DNA from: a plasmid
Sequence record: NZ_CP084013.1
Length of the DNA: 64,000 bases
Strand: one strand, 5' to 3'
Shown: positions 1-9,314 of the stretch, piece by piece
Position numbering within the stretch: the stretch's first letter is position 1
Layout of the letters: every line of letters begins with the position of its first letter
The notes under the pieces: generated by a model
What the model was told of the DNA's origin: nothing
Seen by the model: the letters and a program-made list of their open reading frames with translations, nothing else
Database searches by the model: none
Position numbers and translations under genes: made by a program

Positions 1-268
1 GCCCGTATCCCACATGACTAGGCCGTATATCCACGAAGGTGATGTGCGGCGGCAGACTACCATCCGCGCGTTGCACAAGCATGGAAGCGGCGCCGCCCAA
101 CGAAACAAGCAAGGCTCCCTCGTCGGTGATGACAGCCGGACCCGCGAGTTCGGCTCCGCTGTCATACCGGACCCGCAGCATCAGGTCTCCGTTTTTCTTC
201 GGATTGGTCAACGCTCCTCCTCTTTTTATGTGGACTTCTTCAGTATAACAACCATATTGTATTTTACA

Positions 269-292
269 TGTTATACTGAATATGTCCACATA
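269..292 (+). promoter_or_regulatory. motif-1 copy (extended -10 TGTTATACT + TATGT-CC-ACATA dyad)
   Basis: exact tgttatactgaatatgtccacata 30 bp upstream of ORF 322..807. Confidence 0.55.
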
Positions 293-321
293 AAAAGATT
301 GAAAGAGAAAACCAAAGGAAA

Positions 322-807
322 ATGCAACCCATACAAGACGTCACAGACGCACGAAAGACCTACACCCTATACGAGTGTGAAAAATGCGGAAGCCTGCGAC
401 TCGAAAGATCCGGCAAGCCCATCACCAAGTGCGCCTACTGCGACAACCTCTCCCTAAAACAGAGATTCCTCTCCGCACTGATCTCCATCGTCCACGAAGC
501 CACATATAAAATCCCAAACCCAAACAACACCGGAATCGTCCAAAACAAGGCAGACACAAAACTGCCCGGGAGTGTCGTCCAAGTCTTCGTGGATAACCCG
601 GAAACCTACTGCACAACGAAAATTCAGCTCGGAACCACATCCATCGACTACTCCTATGATTGCACATCAGGGGACATTCGTATCGTTGCGAAAAATTGGG
701 ATCCATTCGACTTGGAAAATGCCGACCTCGGTACGGGATGGCATATCCGACTGCTGGTGCAGACATGGCGCAACGAAATTGCCAAGCGAATGGAACTGAC
801 GGCGTGA
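322..807 (+). CDS. hypothetical protein with CxxC zinc-ribbon motifs
   Basis: ORF follows a motif-1 promoter; CEKCGS...CAYCDN motifs; stop overlaps next start. Confidence 0.45.
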   Translation: MQPIQDVTDARKTYTLYECEKCGSLRLERSGKPITKCAYCDNLSLKQRFLSALISIVHEATYKIPNPNNTGIVQNKADTKLPGSVVQVFVDNPETYCTTKIQLGTTSIDYSYDCTSGDIRIVAKNWDPFDLENADLGTGWHIRLLVQTWRNEIAKRMELTA

Positions 808-1589
808 ACAACATCGACAGCATCGAAAACGCACTGGAGCAATTCCCCCAGCAACGCATCATTTCCGCATGGATAGAAGGAGACTACGCGCATGGTTTAG
901 CGGCGAAGGACAACAAGCCCTCGCTTTGCGTCATCACGATGCCGCAGCCTTGGGAGATACTGCTCGGCGAAGCTCGAACGACTCAGAACATGCGTGATCT
1001 CGATATCAGAATCCTCACACCTCTTTCTTATATCGACGGACTGCTCGACGGCCATCGTAGCCTGTTGGAATCGTTGACATTGCCAACCGAATGCTTTCTG
1101 CTGGACGCCGGCTTCATTCGCGCCATCGAGCCTTTCGCCCATCGGTTGACCACCAGCAATGTCGTCAAGACGGCTTTGGATGACGCTCGCGGGAACCTGT
1201 CCGTTTTGCGGCACTGGCCGGGCATGAAGAGCGCGAAACGCAATAAATCCATGGCCGAGACCGCACGATTGCTGAACGGAGTACGTCATATCCAGTCAGG
1301 AACGGAAGCCTGGCCGTGTCTGCTGGATGCGGATGAAATCACGCTGCTCCGTCGCATCCGATTGCAGGGAATGAATCTTGCCGATCTGGAAAGAGACTAT
1401 GGCCTTCTTGCAGATACCCGCAAAACGCCCCCTCTCCCCCCGTTGGAGCCTTATGTCCGCAGACAGATCGAAGACGTAGTTCTCGGATTGAATCGTCGAA
1501 TCGTCAACCGCGAGGCGGAATCATTTTCCGTCAAGAATCTGATACATGCCCTGCATGGTTTCGGAGACGGGATTACGGCTGATGCCTAA
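804..1589 (+). CDS. hypothetical protein (GTG start overlapping upstream stop)
   Basis: in-frame GTG at 804 overlaps TGA of 322..807, consistent with translational coupling; no recognisable domain. Confidence 0.4.
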   Translation: MNNIDSIENALEQFPQQRIISAWIEGDYAHGLAAKDNKPSLCVITMPQPWEILLGEARTTQNMRDLDIRILTPLSYIDGLLDGHRSLLESLTLPTECFLLDAGFIRAIEPFAHRLTTSNVVKTALDDARGNLSVLRHWPGMKSAKRNKSMAETARLLNGVRHIQSGTEAWPCLLDADEITLLRRIRLQGMNLADLERDYGLLADTRKTPPLPPLEPYVRRQIEDVVLGLNRRIVNREAESFSVKNLIHALHGFGDGITADA

Positions 1590-1752
1590 CCGAAAAGACT
1601 GGCAGCCCGAGGACACGCAAGTGGAGACCGCGGCTATGGCGCTACGTGCCCAGCAAATGCGCCTGTGGAATCTCGTCGAGGACAGTGCGACTGTCGACCG
1701 CTGCTGGCAGCAGAAACGGATTAAGGAATCGTTGAAAGGTCAGGACAATTGA
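1582..1752 (+). CDS. small hypothetical protein
   Basis: ATG overlaps the end of the previous ORF; part of a coupled small-gene operon. Confidence 0.3.
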   Translation: MPNRKDWQPEDTQVETAAMALRAQQMRLWNLVEDSATVDRCWQQKRIKESLKGQDN

Positions 1753-1949
1753 TTGTCGAGCTGAATGATGATGTGTTGACCAAGCCCGCTGGATGCTTTC
1801 TTTGCGGAAGCACGATGGGTTTGGTGCCGAGCATGTATGGTCCGGTTTGCATGGAATGCGTGTTGTCCGACAAACAGGTTGGCCCGAATCGCGCGAGTCT
1901 GCTTTTCACGTTGTTTGGCGACGGTCGCGGTCGGAAGGTTCCTGCCTGA
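1749..1949 (+). CDS. small zinc-finger protein (CxxC...CxxC)
   Basis: CFLCGS...CMEC motifs; start overlaps upstream stop. Confidence 0.35.
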   Translation: MIVELNDDVLTKPAGCFLCGSTMGLVPSMYGPVCMECVLSDKQVGPNRASLLFTLFGDGRGRKVPA

Positions 1950-1962
1950 CATCGATTTGTCT

Positions 1963-1986
1963 GCTATACTGAATATGTCCACATAA
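1963..1986 (+). promoter_or_regulatory. motif-1 copy
   Basis: tgctatactgaatatgtccacata 25 bp upstream of the exonuclease gene. Confidence 0.55.
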
Positions 1987-2010
1987 TCTTAGAGAACACA
2001 GGAACACCCA

Positions 2011-2601
2011 ATGAGCTACTGGGACAAATACCGAAGCGACGATCCACGACGCATCCCGCCGCTGGAGGCGCCATTGCTCGACTACATCGTGCTCGACACC
2101 GAAACCACCGGCCTCAACCCGGAAGATGGCGCGAAACTCATCGAAATCGGCGCCGTGAAAGTCAAGAACGGACGAATCGTCGACACCTACAGCCAACTCA
2201 TCAACCCGCAAATGATCGTCCCGCCACACATCACGCAATTGACGGGAATCACCACTTACGACGTGAGCGGCAAACCGACTGTCAAGCATGCGATGAAAGA
2301 GTTCGAACGGTGGCTGGGATTCGAAACGCCCTTCCTCGCACACAACGCGACGTTCGATTTGAAATTCCTCGACTGGGCCACGGCGGAAACCTGGCCGAAT
2401 CGCCCCCTGTTCGACCACCCATTCCTGGATACCTTGGAAATGAGCCGTGACATCCATCCGGAAATTCGCCATCACAAGGTCGCGGATCTGATCAAACGCT
2501 ATCACGTGGCAGACGTGGAACAGCATCGAGCTCTTTCCGACGCAATGCAAGAGCAAGCCTTGTACCAGATTATGTGCAAGGAGTATTTCCTCGGAGCCTG
2601 A
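2011..2601 (+). CDS. DnaQ-like DEDDh 3'-5' exonuclease (DNA pol III epsilon-like)
   Basis: Exo I LDTETTGL, Exo II HNATFDLKFL and Exo III HRALSDA motifs. Confidence 0.8.
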   Translation: MSYWDKYRSDDPRRIPPLEAPLLDYIVLDTETTGLNPEDGAKLIEIGAVKVKNGRIVDTYSQLINPQMIVPPHITQLTGITTYDVSGKPTVKHAMKEFERWLGFETPFLAHNATFDLKFLDWATAETWPNRPLFDHPFLDTLEMSRDIHPEIRHHKVADLIKRYHVADVEQHRALSDAMQEQALYQIMCKEYFLGA

Positions 2602-2673
2602 TTTGCAGTTGTTGTGTTTGCGGTCGAATGCGGCTATAATTTATTTTACATATTATGATTGGAGGTGTTTGGT

Positions 2674-3297
2674 ATGCGCACGTATCTTCGGAGGGCCGAG
2701 GCGGCGAACCGTCTGCACATATCGACCACCGCGTTCAAAACGCTCGTAGCCGAGGGGAAAATCAAATACGAGCTGTCGCCCGGCGGGCAGAAGGTGTATG
2801 ACCCGAAGGAAATCGACCGTTTCGCCGCCCGCGTTCAGGGTAGGGAGCCGGCGGAAGGCGTTCTCGTGTTCTACGTGCGGGACAGCGAGGGCAACACGAC
2901 GCGAATGAGAAATCAGGAGGAGCGGCTAGAGAAGGCGTATGGCGCTCCGTCAAAAGTGTACCGCGACCGCGCCTCCGGATTGAATGAGAACCGCAAGGGA
3001 CTGGCACGACTGCTCGACGACGCGGAGGAGGGACGTTTCGACCGGGTGGCCGTCACCGCCAAAGACAGGTTGAGCAGGTTCGGCGCATCTTATCTACAAC
3101 GGCATCTCGCGTTCCTCGGCATCGACCTGATTGTGTTGGACGGGGAACGGGAGAAGGGGATGATGGACGAACTCATGGACGACTTCATGGCTTTGCTCGC
3201 CTCGTTCTCCGGACGGTTCTACAAGCTGCGCAGCATCGAACATGAGAAACTGCTGCTCGACCGGGCGCGCGAAAGACTGGAGGAGCGTGGAGCATGA
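2674..3297 (+). CDS. tnpA: IS607-family TnpA serine recombinase with N-terminal MerR-like HTH
   Basis: HTH followed by a resolvase core: YVRDSEG (candidate catalytic Ser), SGLNENRKGLARLL, DRVAVTAKDRLSRFG; TGA overlaps the tnpB ATG. Confidence 0.7.
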   Translation: MRTYLRRAEAANRLHISTTAFKTLVAEGKIKYELSPGGQKVYDPKEIDRFAARVQGREPAEGVLVFYVRDSEGNTTRMRNQEERLEKAYGAPSKVYRDRASGLNENRKGLARLLDDAEEGRFDRVAVTAKDRLSRFGASYLQRHLAFLGIDLIVLDGEREKGMMDELMDDFMALLASFSGRFYKLRSIEHEKLLLDRARERLEERGA

Positions 3298-4952
3298 AAA
3301 CCGGTGAAATCGCCTGCGCTGTTCCAGACCTGCACGACTACCGTCTATACGACCACAGGACAGGCGAACCGTTGGACCCGGTGGAGGCCGAAACGCTGCT
3401 CTGGCTGCACTTGGACCATTGCCGGCAATGCCAGAACCGGATGATTCACGACCCGAGGAACCGGAATCTCAAACGGGGCGGAAATGCTGGGAGAGGCAAC
3501 GAATGGGCGAGGAAGAACGTCGCCTGCACAAGCCTGCCCTCCAAGTTCAGAAACCTCTCCCATCAGAACCGCGTCAATCAGACCGAGGCCGCCCGACTGC
3601 TCCTCGCATGGCGGGAACGCGAGGACATCGCCACCGCAATCGACGCCATCGGCTGGGAGAAGGCCACCTACGGGAACGTGCAGAAACGTTTGAGCCGGGA
3701 CATCGACCGTGAACTGTTCACGAACGTGCTCAACAGCGGCGGTCATCCAAGCCTGCCCACCGTGGAGCGCACGCAGTTCCCCTACGCGTACTCGAACAAC
3801 AACTCCTGCGGCATGTACGTCATCGACCAGCCCGCCGGGGTCATCCGATACGAGCGGATGGCCGTCTACGACAGGTTCGTGGACGTTGAGATATACGCGC
3901 CGCACATCATGCGCCTGCATCCGAACCTGACGAAGGTGTCCCGGCCCACGCTACGGTGGAACGGGGACTGCGTGACATGGGATGTCATCGTCTTCGAACC
4001 AAAACCCCGCAAAGAGGATGTGAACAAGGTGAGCCACGTCGTCGGCTTCGACCTGAACGCCGACTGGCATGGTGGCATCAGCGGGGCGCGACTCTCCTAC
4101 AACGGGACGGTGAGCCGAGAACTCGTAGCCGGCATCGACACACGCCGCCAGCAAACCGTGTTGGAGGAGCTGTATGTCCAATACCAGCGGTGTTTGAAGA
4201 AGCTCGACCGGCTCATGCCATGGCAGCGGCCACACGACCCGGACGACCCGCAGCAAGTGGCAGCCCACCCCGAATGGCGGCGACTCTACGAACAGTCGCT
4301 CAACCTCCGGGATAAGATGTACCGCATCAAAACCCTGTTGGACTGGCGGTACGCGCACGACATCACCGACCATGCCAAACCCGGCGAACTCATCGCCGTG
4401 GAGAAACTTTCCCCGTTCGATGCGGCAGGACGCGTCGAGTTCCGGCACGGCAGCCAACTGGAAAAACTGGAACACGTCGCCTCCAAGACCGGACAGCGCG
4501 TGGTGCAGGTCAACCCGGCGCACACGTCCGCCACCTGCCCGTGGTGCGATACCGTCAACAAGGTCGGCAAAGCCAGACAATACCGGTGCGCAGGATGCAG
4601 ACGTGACATCCCCCGCGACTACGGGTCTGGCGTCAACATCGCCAAACGCGGCGCACGCTATCTCGGACACAAAAACGTCCGACCTACCCCGCCGAAGGGA
4701 CACGCCACACCCAAACGTCCACCGGTCAGACACAAACGACCGGACGAAAAAACACGAGAACTTCTCACACAGATAACGTCAGGAACCGGCAAGGGGCCGG
4801 AATCCTTATGGGCCAAGACCACTCCACTGGAATGGCACATCCCATCGACGGCGACTATCGAGAATACAAGGAACCGACTAGCCCTCGCAAACCAGCGAGA
4901 CCGGGCAGCAACGGGGTTACGGCAGAAACCGCAACCACCCCATTCTCGATAA
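3294..4952 (+). CDS. tnpB: TnpB (OMEGA RNA-guided nuclease family), IS607-associated
   Basis: C-terminal zinc finger CPWCDTVN...CAGCRRD and RuvC-like context; translationally coupled to the serine recombinase gene. Confidence 0.7.
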   Translation: MKTGEIACAVPDLHDYRLYDHRTGEPLDPVEAETLLWLHLDHCRQCQNRMIHDPRNRNLKRGGNAGRGNEWARKNVACTSLPSKFRNLSHQNRVNQTEAARLLLAWREREDIATAIDAIGWEKATYGNVQKRLSRDIDRELFTNVLNSGGHPSLPTVERTQFPYAYSNNNSCGMYVIDQPAGVIRYERMAVYDRFVDVEIYAPHIMRLHPNLTKVSRPTLRWNGDCVTWDVIVFEPKPRKEDVNKVSHVVGFDLNADWHGGISGARLSYNGTVSRELVAGIDTRRQQTVLEELYVQYQRCLKKLDRLMPWQRPHDPDDPQQVAAHPEWRRLYEQSLNLRDKMYRIKTLLDWRYAHDITDHAKPGELIAVEKLSPFDAAGRVEFRHGSQLEKLEHVASKTGQRVVQVNPAHTSATCPWCDTVNKVGKARQYRCAGCRRDIPRDYGSGVNIAKRGARYLGHKNVRPTPPKGHATPKRPPVRHKRPDEKTRELLTQITSGTGKGPESLWAKTTPLEWHIPSTATIENTRNRLALANQRDRAATGLRQKPQPPHSR

Positions 4953-4999
4953 CCCTAATCCCGGGCATACTGGATTCTATTCTTTCCTGATATTTTGCT

Positions 5000-5023
5000 T
5001 GTTAAACTGAATATGTCCACATA
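5000..5023 (+). promoter_or_regulatory. motif-1 copy
   Basis: tgttaaactgaatatgtccacata upstream of 5053..5382. Confidence 0.5.
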
Positions 5024-5052
5024 ACACCAGAGCAGAAAGGCATGACCTTGAA

Positions 5053-5382
5053 GTGTGCGAAAAACTAACAGTACACGTGCGACTCATTCCCTACGGTAAC
5101 CTGCGAGATGCGGCAAAGCTCCACCATTACGAGCTGCGTCGCAGAAACATGGTCAGGGATGCCGGCAAGGAGCCAAATCCATTCGTCTTGGAACGCTGGA
5201 TGGTCAATTATGCCCGGCATGCGTTGACCGATTACGACCAGCAGTGCCATGACTTGGATCAAGATAGGTATGTCGAGCTTCGGACGGCGACATTGGACGC
5301 CATAGCCGACACGTATCCGCCATTGAGACATGAATGCGAACGTCAGAAAAGAATCCAGAATCCAGAAAAGGAGCCCGAGTGA
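5053..5382 (+). CDS. hypothetical protein
   Basis: ORF downstream of a motif-1 copy. Confidence 0.4.
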   Translation: MCEKLTVHVRLIPYGNLRDAAKLHHYELRRRNMVRDAGKEPNPFVLERWMVNYARHALTDYDQQCHDLDQDRYVELRTATLDAIADTYPPLRHECERQKRIQNPEKEPE

Positions 5383-5708
5383 GTAAGGAAAACAGCGCCG
5401 GCGAAACCATCGGGGCGACTACGACGATCATTCTGGAACCGGCTCGAATCAGTGGCAGTACCGTCGAACCGTCGCGGCGCGAAATAGCGAGAAAGCGTCG
5501 GAAGGAACGACGTTTGAACTGGGCTCTCGTGCTGGGAATGCTGGTTTTCGCGGTGTTCTGGCTGTTGGGGATGCAGTTGGTTTCCTGGCTTGCGGTTGGG
5601 GTGCCTTTGATGTGGAGGCTCGTACTGACGGTGTCTTCGCTTGTTTTTGCGGCCGCGTCCATGGTCCCCTCTTTGGTATATGCGTTTCGTCGAGAAAGGA
5701 AAAATTAG
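5380..5708 (+). CDS. small membrane protein (2 predicted TM helices)
   Basis: GTG after an aaaggag RBS; hydrophobic helices LVLGMLVFAVFWLLG and LVLTVSSLVFAAASMV. Confidence 0.4.
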
Positions 5709-5978
5709 TTGGGTGTCGGGTTGGCTGATGTGGCCGCTGAATATGTCCGATTGCACCGGGTCGAGCGGCAGTCTTTGCAGATTCGCAGTGTTAATCGCGT
5801 CGAGTTGACTGTGATACAGAATTTGTGGGCGGATAGGGTCGGGAAAGCTCGATTGGATATCCGTTCCGCTCCGGAGGTGGTGATGCGTGCGATCGAGCGG
5901 TCGAAGCGTGGTCACGAGCTTTTCGGTCGGGTTCGTGAGACTCCCGTATTGGTTGTGTACGAACTGAAGACACTTACC

Positions 5979-6002
5979 TGACATACTGAATATATTCACA
6001 TG
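5979..6002 (+). promoter_or_regulatory. degenerate motif-1 copy
   Basis: tgacatactgaatatattcacatg upstream of 6018..6500. Confidence 0.4.
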
Positions 6003-6017
6003 TGGTAAGATTGTTCC

Positions 6018-6500
6018 ATGACATCGCAAACTGAACCCTTCAAGATAGACGGACTTACCTTGATGCTACGAATAGGCCACGCCCCACGAGGGCGAATCTC
6101 CTATTTTAGCCCGCAAACCACCATCGAAGAATTCCTCCGTCATGCCGCCGAGCACGAGGGAAGACTGCTGTTCGTCGGCAACTTTAAATCATTGCGAAAC
6201 AAAATAGGCTTTAATTATTTGCTGCTCTGGTCACCCCAAAGCGCAATCAAACTCGTTGGAACGGTGACCAATTTCGGAGAGGCATACAATCCAAAAACCT
6301 GGAATCCGAAATCCCACTATCAGGCACCATTCCCATGGGGAAGAACGCCTGCCAACTACTGGTTGGCGTTGGACAATGTGCAGCAATTGGGAGATTTCGA
6401 TCCGGACAAGTTCGAGAGATTGGGCTACAACGCCAAAAAGATATCGCTGGCGGATGAGATGGAAACAAATGCAGCCACGTTCATAATCCGCCCTATTTAA
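6018..6500 (+). CDS. hypothetical protein
   Basis: ORF followed by a strong GC hairpin (cccccgcct...aggcggggg) at 6512-6548. Confidence 0.45.
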   Translation: MTSQTEPFKIDGLTLMLRIGHAPRGRISYFSPQTTIEEFLRHAAEHEGRLLFVGNFKSLRNKIGFNYLLLWSPQSAIKLVGTVTNFGEAYNPKTWNPKSHYQAPFPWGRTPANYWLALDNVQQLGDFDPDKFERLGYNAKKISLADEMETNAATFIIRPI

Positions 6501-6607
6501 CCTTCCTCGCCAAGGATTCCCCCGCCTCTAAGCGAAGCGTAGGCGGGGGATGAATTGGCGTATCTATATATGTTATACTGTAATCAGTCGTATATGTTAT
6601 AAACGAG

Positions 6608-7015
6608 GTGATTGCAGTGGAATTGGAGTCGAATCATCATTCGGTGTTCCTGTTGTATTATCATCTCGTGCTCGTCGTGAAATACCGTCGCAAGGTGTTC
6701 GACGACATCGTTTCGGCGCGTGCGCGTGAGATATTCGAGTACATCGCACCCAAGTATGGGATAACCGTTGAGGAATGGAACCACGACATGGACCACGTGC
6801 ACGTATTGTTCCGTGCCCAGCCGAAGAGCGAGTTGAGCAAGTTCATCAACGCTTACAAGAGCGCGTCGAGTCGTCTGCTCAAGCAGGAGTTTCCGCAGAT
6901 TCGGCAGAAACTGTGGAAGGAGTATTTCTGGAGCCGCAGCTTCTGCCTACTGACCACAGGAGGCGCGCCAATCGAAGTCATCCGCAAATACATCGAGAAC
7001 CAAGGCAGGAAGTAA
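6608..7015 (+). CDS. tnpA: IS200-like HUH Y1 transposase TnpA
   Basis: about 135 aa; HxH-type motif HDMDHVHVLF and conserved YRRKVF-like region typical of IS200 transposases. Confidence 0.85.
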   Translation: MIAVELESNHHSVFLLYYHLVLVVKYRRKVFDDIVSARAREIFEYIAPKYGITVEEWNHDMDHVHVLFRAQPKSELSKFINAYKSASSRLLKQEFPQIRQKLWKEYFWSRSFCLLTTGGAPIEVIRKYIENQGRK

Positions 7016-7029
7016 GGAGGTGAACCATC

Positions 7030-8151
7030 ATGCAGGTGAAACGTCATTGCGCGGTCAAGTACCGCATGTACCCGAACAGGGCTCAGGCGGCATTGATTGA
7101 CCGCACCATCGGTTGTGCGAGGTTCATCTACAATCAGATGCTTGAAACCCGCATCGGCACCTATAAGGCTACGGGTAAGTCGTGCAATCCGACTCCCGCC
7201 CAGTACAAGGACAGGTATCCGTTCCTGCGTGAGGTGGACAGCCTCGCACTGTGCAACGCCCAATTGAACGTGGCGAAGGCGTACAGGAACTTCTTCCGCG
7301 ACCCCAAGCACATCGGCTTCCCGAAGTACAAGGCGAAGCATCGCAATCGTCAGACCTACACGACGAACAACAGCAATAACAACGTCACCCTCGATGAAGG
7401 AGGCAGGCATCTCAAACTACCGAAAGTAGGGATTGTGCGCGTCCGCCAGCATAAACGCATACCCGAAGACTGGAAACTGAAGAGCGTGACCATCGAGCAT
7501 TGCAAAAACGGCGAATACACGGCGACGATACTGTTCGAGTACGAGACCCAAGCACTCGAACCCGTCCGACCCGTGCATATCGTCGGATTGGATTACTCCT
7601 CCCACGGCCTGTACGTGTCCAGCGACGGCGAACGAGCCGACTATTCGCGTTTCTACCGGCGGATGGAGCCACGGCTGATGCGCGAGCAACGTAGACTCAG
7701 CCACATGGTAAAAGGGTCCGGTAATTGGGTGAAACAGAAGCGGCGCATCGCCAAGCTCGCCGCCAAGGTCGGGAACCAGCGAGCCGACTTCCTGCATAAG
7801 ACGGCCAACCGGCTCGCCGCCCGATATGATTGCGTCGGCGTGGAGGACTTGGACATGAAGAACATGAGCCAATCCCTCACACTCGGCAAAAGCACGATGG
7901 ACAACGGGTACGGCATGTTCCGCACCATGCTCGCATACAAGCTCGAACGGCAAGGCAAGCAGCTGGTCACGGTAGACAGGTTCTACCCGTCCAGTCAACT
8001 ATGCTCCGATTGCGGATACCGCAATAAGGATACGAAGGACCTGCATATCCGCGAATGGACATGCCCTGACTGTGGCGTTTGGCATGACAGGGACGTGAAC
8101 GCCGCGACCAACATCATGCACGAAACACGACGACTCATGCAGGAACGATAA
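7030..8151 (+). CDS. tnpB: IS605 OrfB/TnpB RNA-guided nuclease
   Basis: 373 aa; RuvC-like motifs and C-terminal zinc finger CSDCGY...CPDCG; directly downstream of tnpA. Confidence 0.85.
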   Translation: MQVKRHCAVKYRMYPNRAQAALIDRTIGCARFIYNQMLETRIGTYKATGKSCNPTPAQYKDRYPFLREVDSLALCNAQLNVAKAYRNFFRDPKHIGFPKYKAKHRNRQTYTTNNSNNNVTLDEGGRHLKLPKVGIVRVRQHKRIPEDWKLKSVTIEHCKNGEYTATILFEYETQALEPVRPVHIVGLDYSSHGLYVSSDGERADYSRFYRRMEPRLMREQRRLSHMVKGSGNWVKQKRRIAKLAAKVGNQRADFLHKTANRLAARYDCVGVEDLDMKNMSQSLTLGKSTMDNGYGMFRTMLAYKLERQGKQLVTVDRFYPSSQLCSDCGYRNKDTKDLHIREWTCPDCGVWHDRDVNAATNIMHETRRLMQER

Positions 8152-8288
8152 CAAAAAACTTACGAGAACCGTGGGGCGCACGGGAATAGCCTGTAGACAC
8201 TGACTCGGATACGAGCCTTGAGCAGGAAGCCCCCACCTCAGATCGCGAAGCGGTCAGGTGGCGGGAGCACGTCACCCTCTGTCGTGGC

Positions 8289-8312
8289 TGTTATACTGAA
8301 AACATCTGCATA
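8289..8312 (+). promoter_or_regulatory. degenerate motif-1 copy at the IS605 right flank
   Basis: tgttatactgaaaacatctgcata upstream of 8325..8855. Confidence 0.4.
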
Positions 8313-8324
8313 AAAGGAAGACTT

Positions 8325-8855
8325 ATGGCAACACTATACGATCGACGAGCGCTCTTCGTGCGCTACAAGAAACAGTCATCCTATCCAGGACGGCAATCGG
8401 TCAAACTCGCCGACGGAATCACCTGCCGGTATAACTGGGATCTGGATAAAACCATTCTGGATTACATAGAGGAGCATGCCGAGAAATCCGACGGGAAAGT
8501 GCTGTTCCCTCTCAAGTTCAACGTGTCCGATTTGACCGTCAACACATGTAAAAAAGCGTTCTTATGGATGACGGATGACACTTACATTGAGGCCGACATT
8601 CATGATTCAGGCGCATATTACGCTTACGGCATGAATGACTATGACGGGTTCACAGCGCCGCCAAGCCTCACCATCCCCGAAGCGCGGTGCTGGGTGAAAC
8701 TCGAGCACGTATCGAAAATAAAAACCAAGTTCCCCATCGACGATTACAGCATCCAAGCATATAAGGGCGGAGGCGTCGTCAAAGAAACCCCTCTGCGCGA
8801 AATCCTGAAAACCACTCACATGAATTGCATGTACATCACCCGAAACGAGGGTTAA
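8325..8855 (+). CDS. hypothetical protein
   Basis: ORF with good coding potential; no recognisable domain. Confidence 0.45.
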   Translation: MATLYDRRALFVRYKKQSSYPGRQSVKLADGITCRYNWDLDKTILDYIEEHAEKSDGKVLFPLKFNVSDLTVNTCKKAFLWMTDDTYIEADIHDSGAYYAYGMNDYDGFTAPPSLTIPEARCWVKLEHVSKIKTKFPIDDYSIQAYKGGGVVKETPLREILKTTHMNCMYITRNEG

Positions 8856-8857
8856 TC

Positions 8858-9184
8858 ATGTCGAAAATCATATCCAGCATCCCAAGCATCCGATACACGG
8901 CGGACGTGGCATATCAGTTGGAACCAAACATCACCGTCCAAGGGACACTGAAATATGCGGGGGGACGTCGCGAGCTGACCGCAAGGACCCTGTTCGTCCA
9001 CTTGGACCGTGACGACAAGGGCAAGATGACGGTGACCAACGTCGCGGTCAGCGCCAGTCGTAAATCCAACGGCAACTCGGCCTTCTACCGTACCGATGAC
9101 TTCGACATGACACCGGAACTGCAGCGGGCCGTCGATCACGTGCGTGAACTAGTCAACCAGGACTGCGTCGGCGTGGACGACTAA
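8858..9184 (+). CDS. hypothetical protein
   Basis: ATG after a gaggg RBS; followed by the hairpin cccgaccattgcggtcggg + T-run. Confidence 0.45.
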   Translation: MSKIISSIPSIRYTADVAYQLEPNITVQGTLKYAGGRRELTARTLFVHLDRDDKGKMTVTNVAVSASRKSNGNSAFYRTDDFDMTPELQRAVDHVRELVNQDCVGVDD

Positions 9185-9196
9185 CCGGCAACCTTT

Positions 9197-9233
9197 CCTA
9201 ATCTCCCGACCATTGCGGTCGGGATATTTTTTT
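9197..9233 (+). terminator. rho-independent terminator
   Basis: cccgac cattgc ggtcggg hairpin followed by a T8 run. Confidence 0.6.
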
Positions 9234-9276
9234 TGGATATCGCCACCAACCGAAAAACGGGTATTTTCAATAGAAT

Positions 9277-9306
9277 ATCGGTTAATAACAACATCAAAAT
9301 CTATCG
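9277..9306 (+). promoter_or_regulatory. motif-2 copy (GAATATCGGTTAATAACAA)
   Basis: shared with the upstream regions of the FtsK-like, ParA-like, rep and 53539..54207 genes. Confidence 0.5.
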
Positions 9307-9314
9307 TGGAATAT

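Larger units (their letters stand above)
2610..4960 (+). mobile_element. IS607-like element (tnpA serine recombinase + tnpB)
   Basis: overlapping tnpA/tnpB gene pair typical of IS607; ends not defined. Confidence 0.55.
6585..8285 (+). mobile_element. IS200/IS605-family element (tnpA Y1 + tnpB)
   Basis: tnpA + tnpB pair; motif-1 fragments at both flanks (6571-6580 and 8289-8312); boundaries approximate. Confidence 0.6.

Noticed and set aside
9213-9314. TTG-initiated N-terminal extension of the VirB4-like ORF
   Set aside because: It overlaps the upstream terminator hairpin and T-run. The first ATG at 9315 is preferred.
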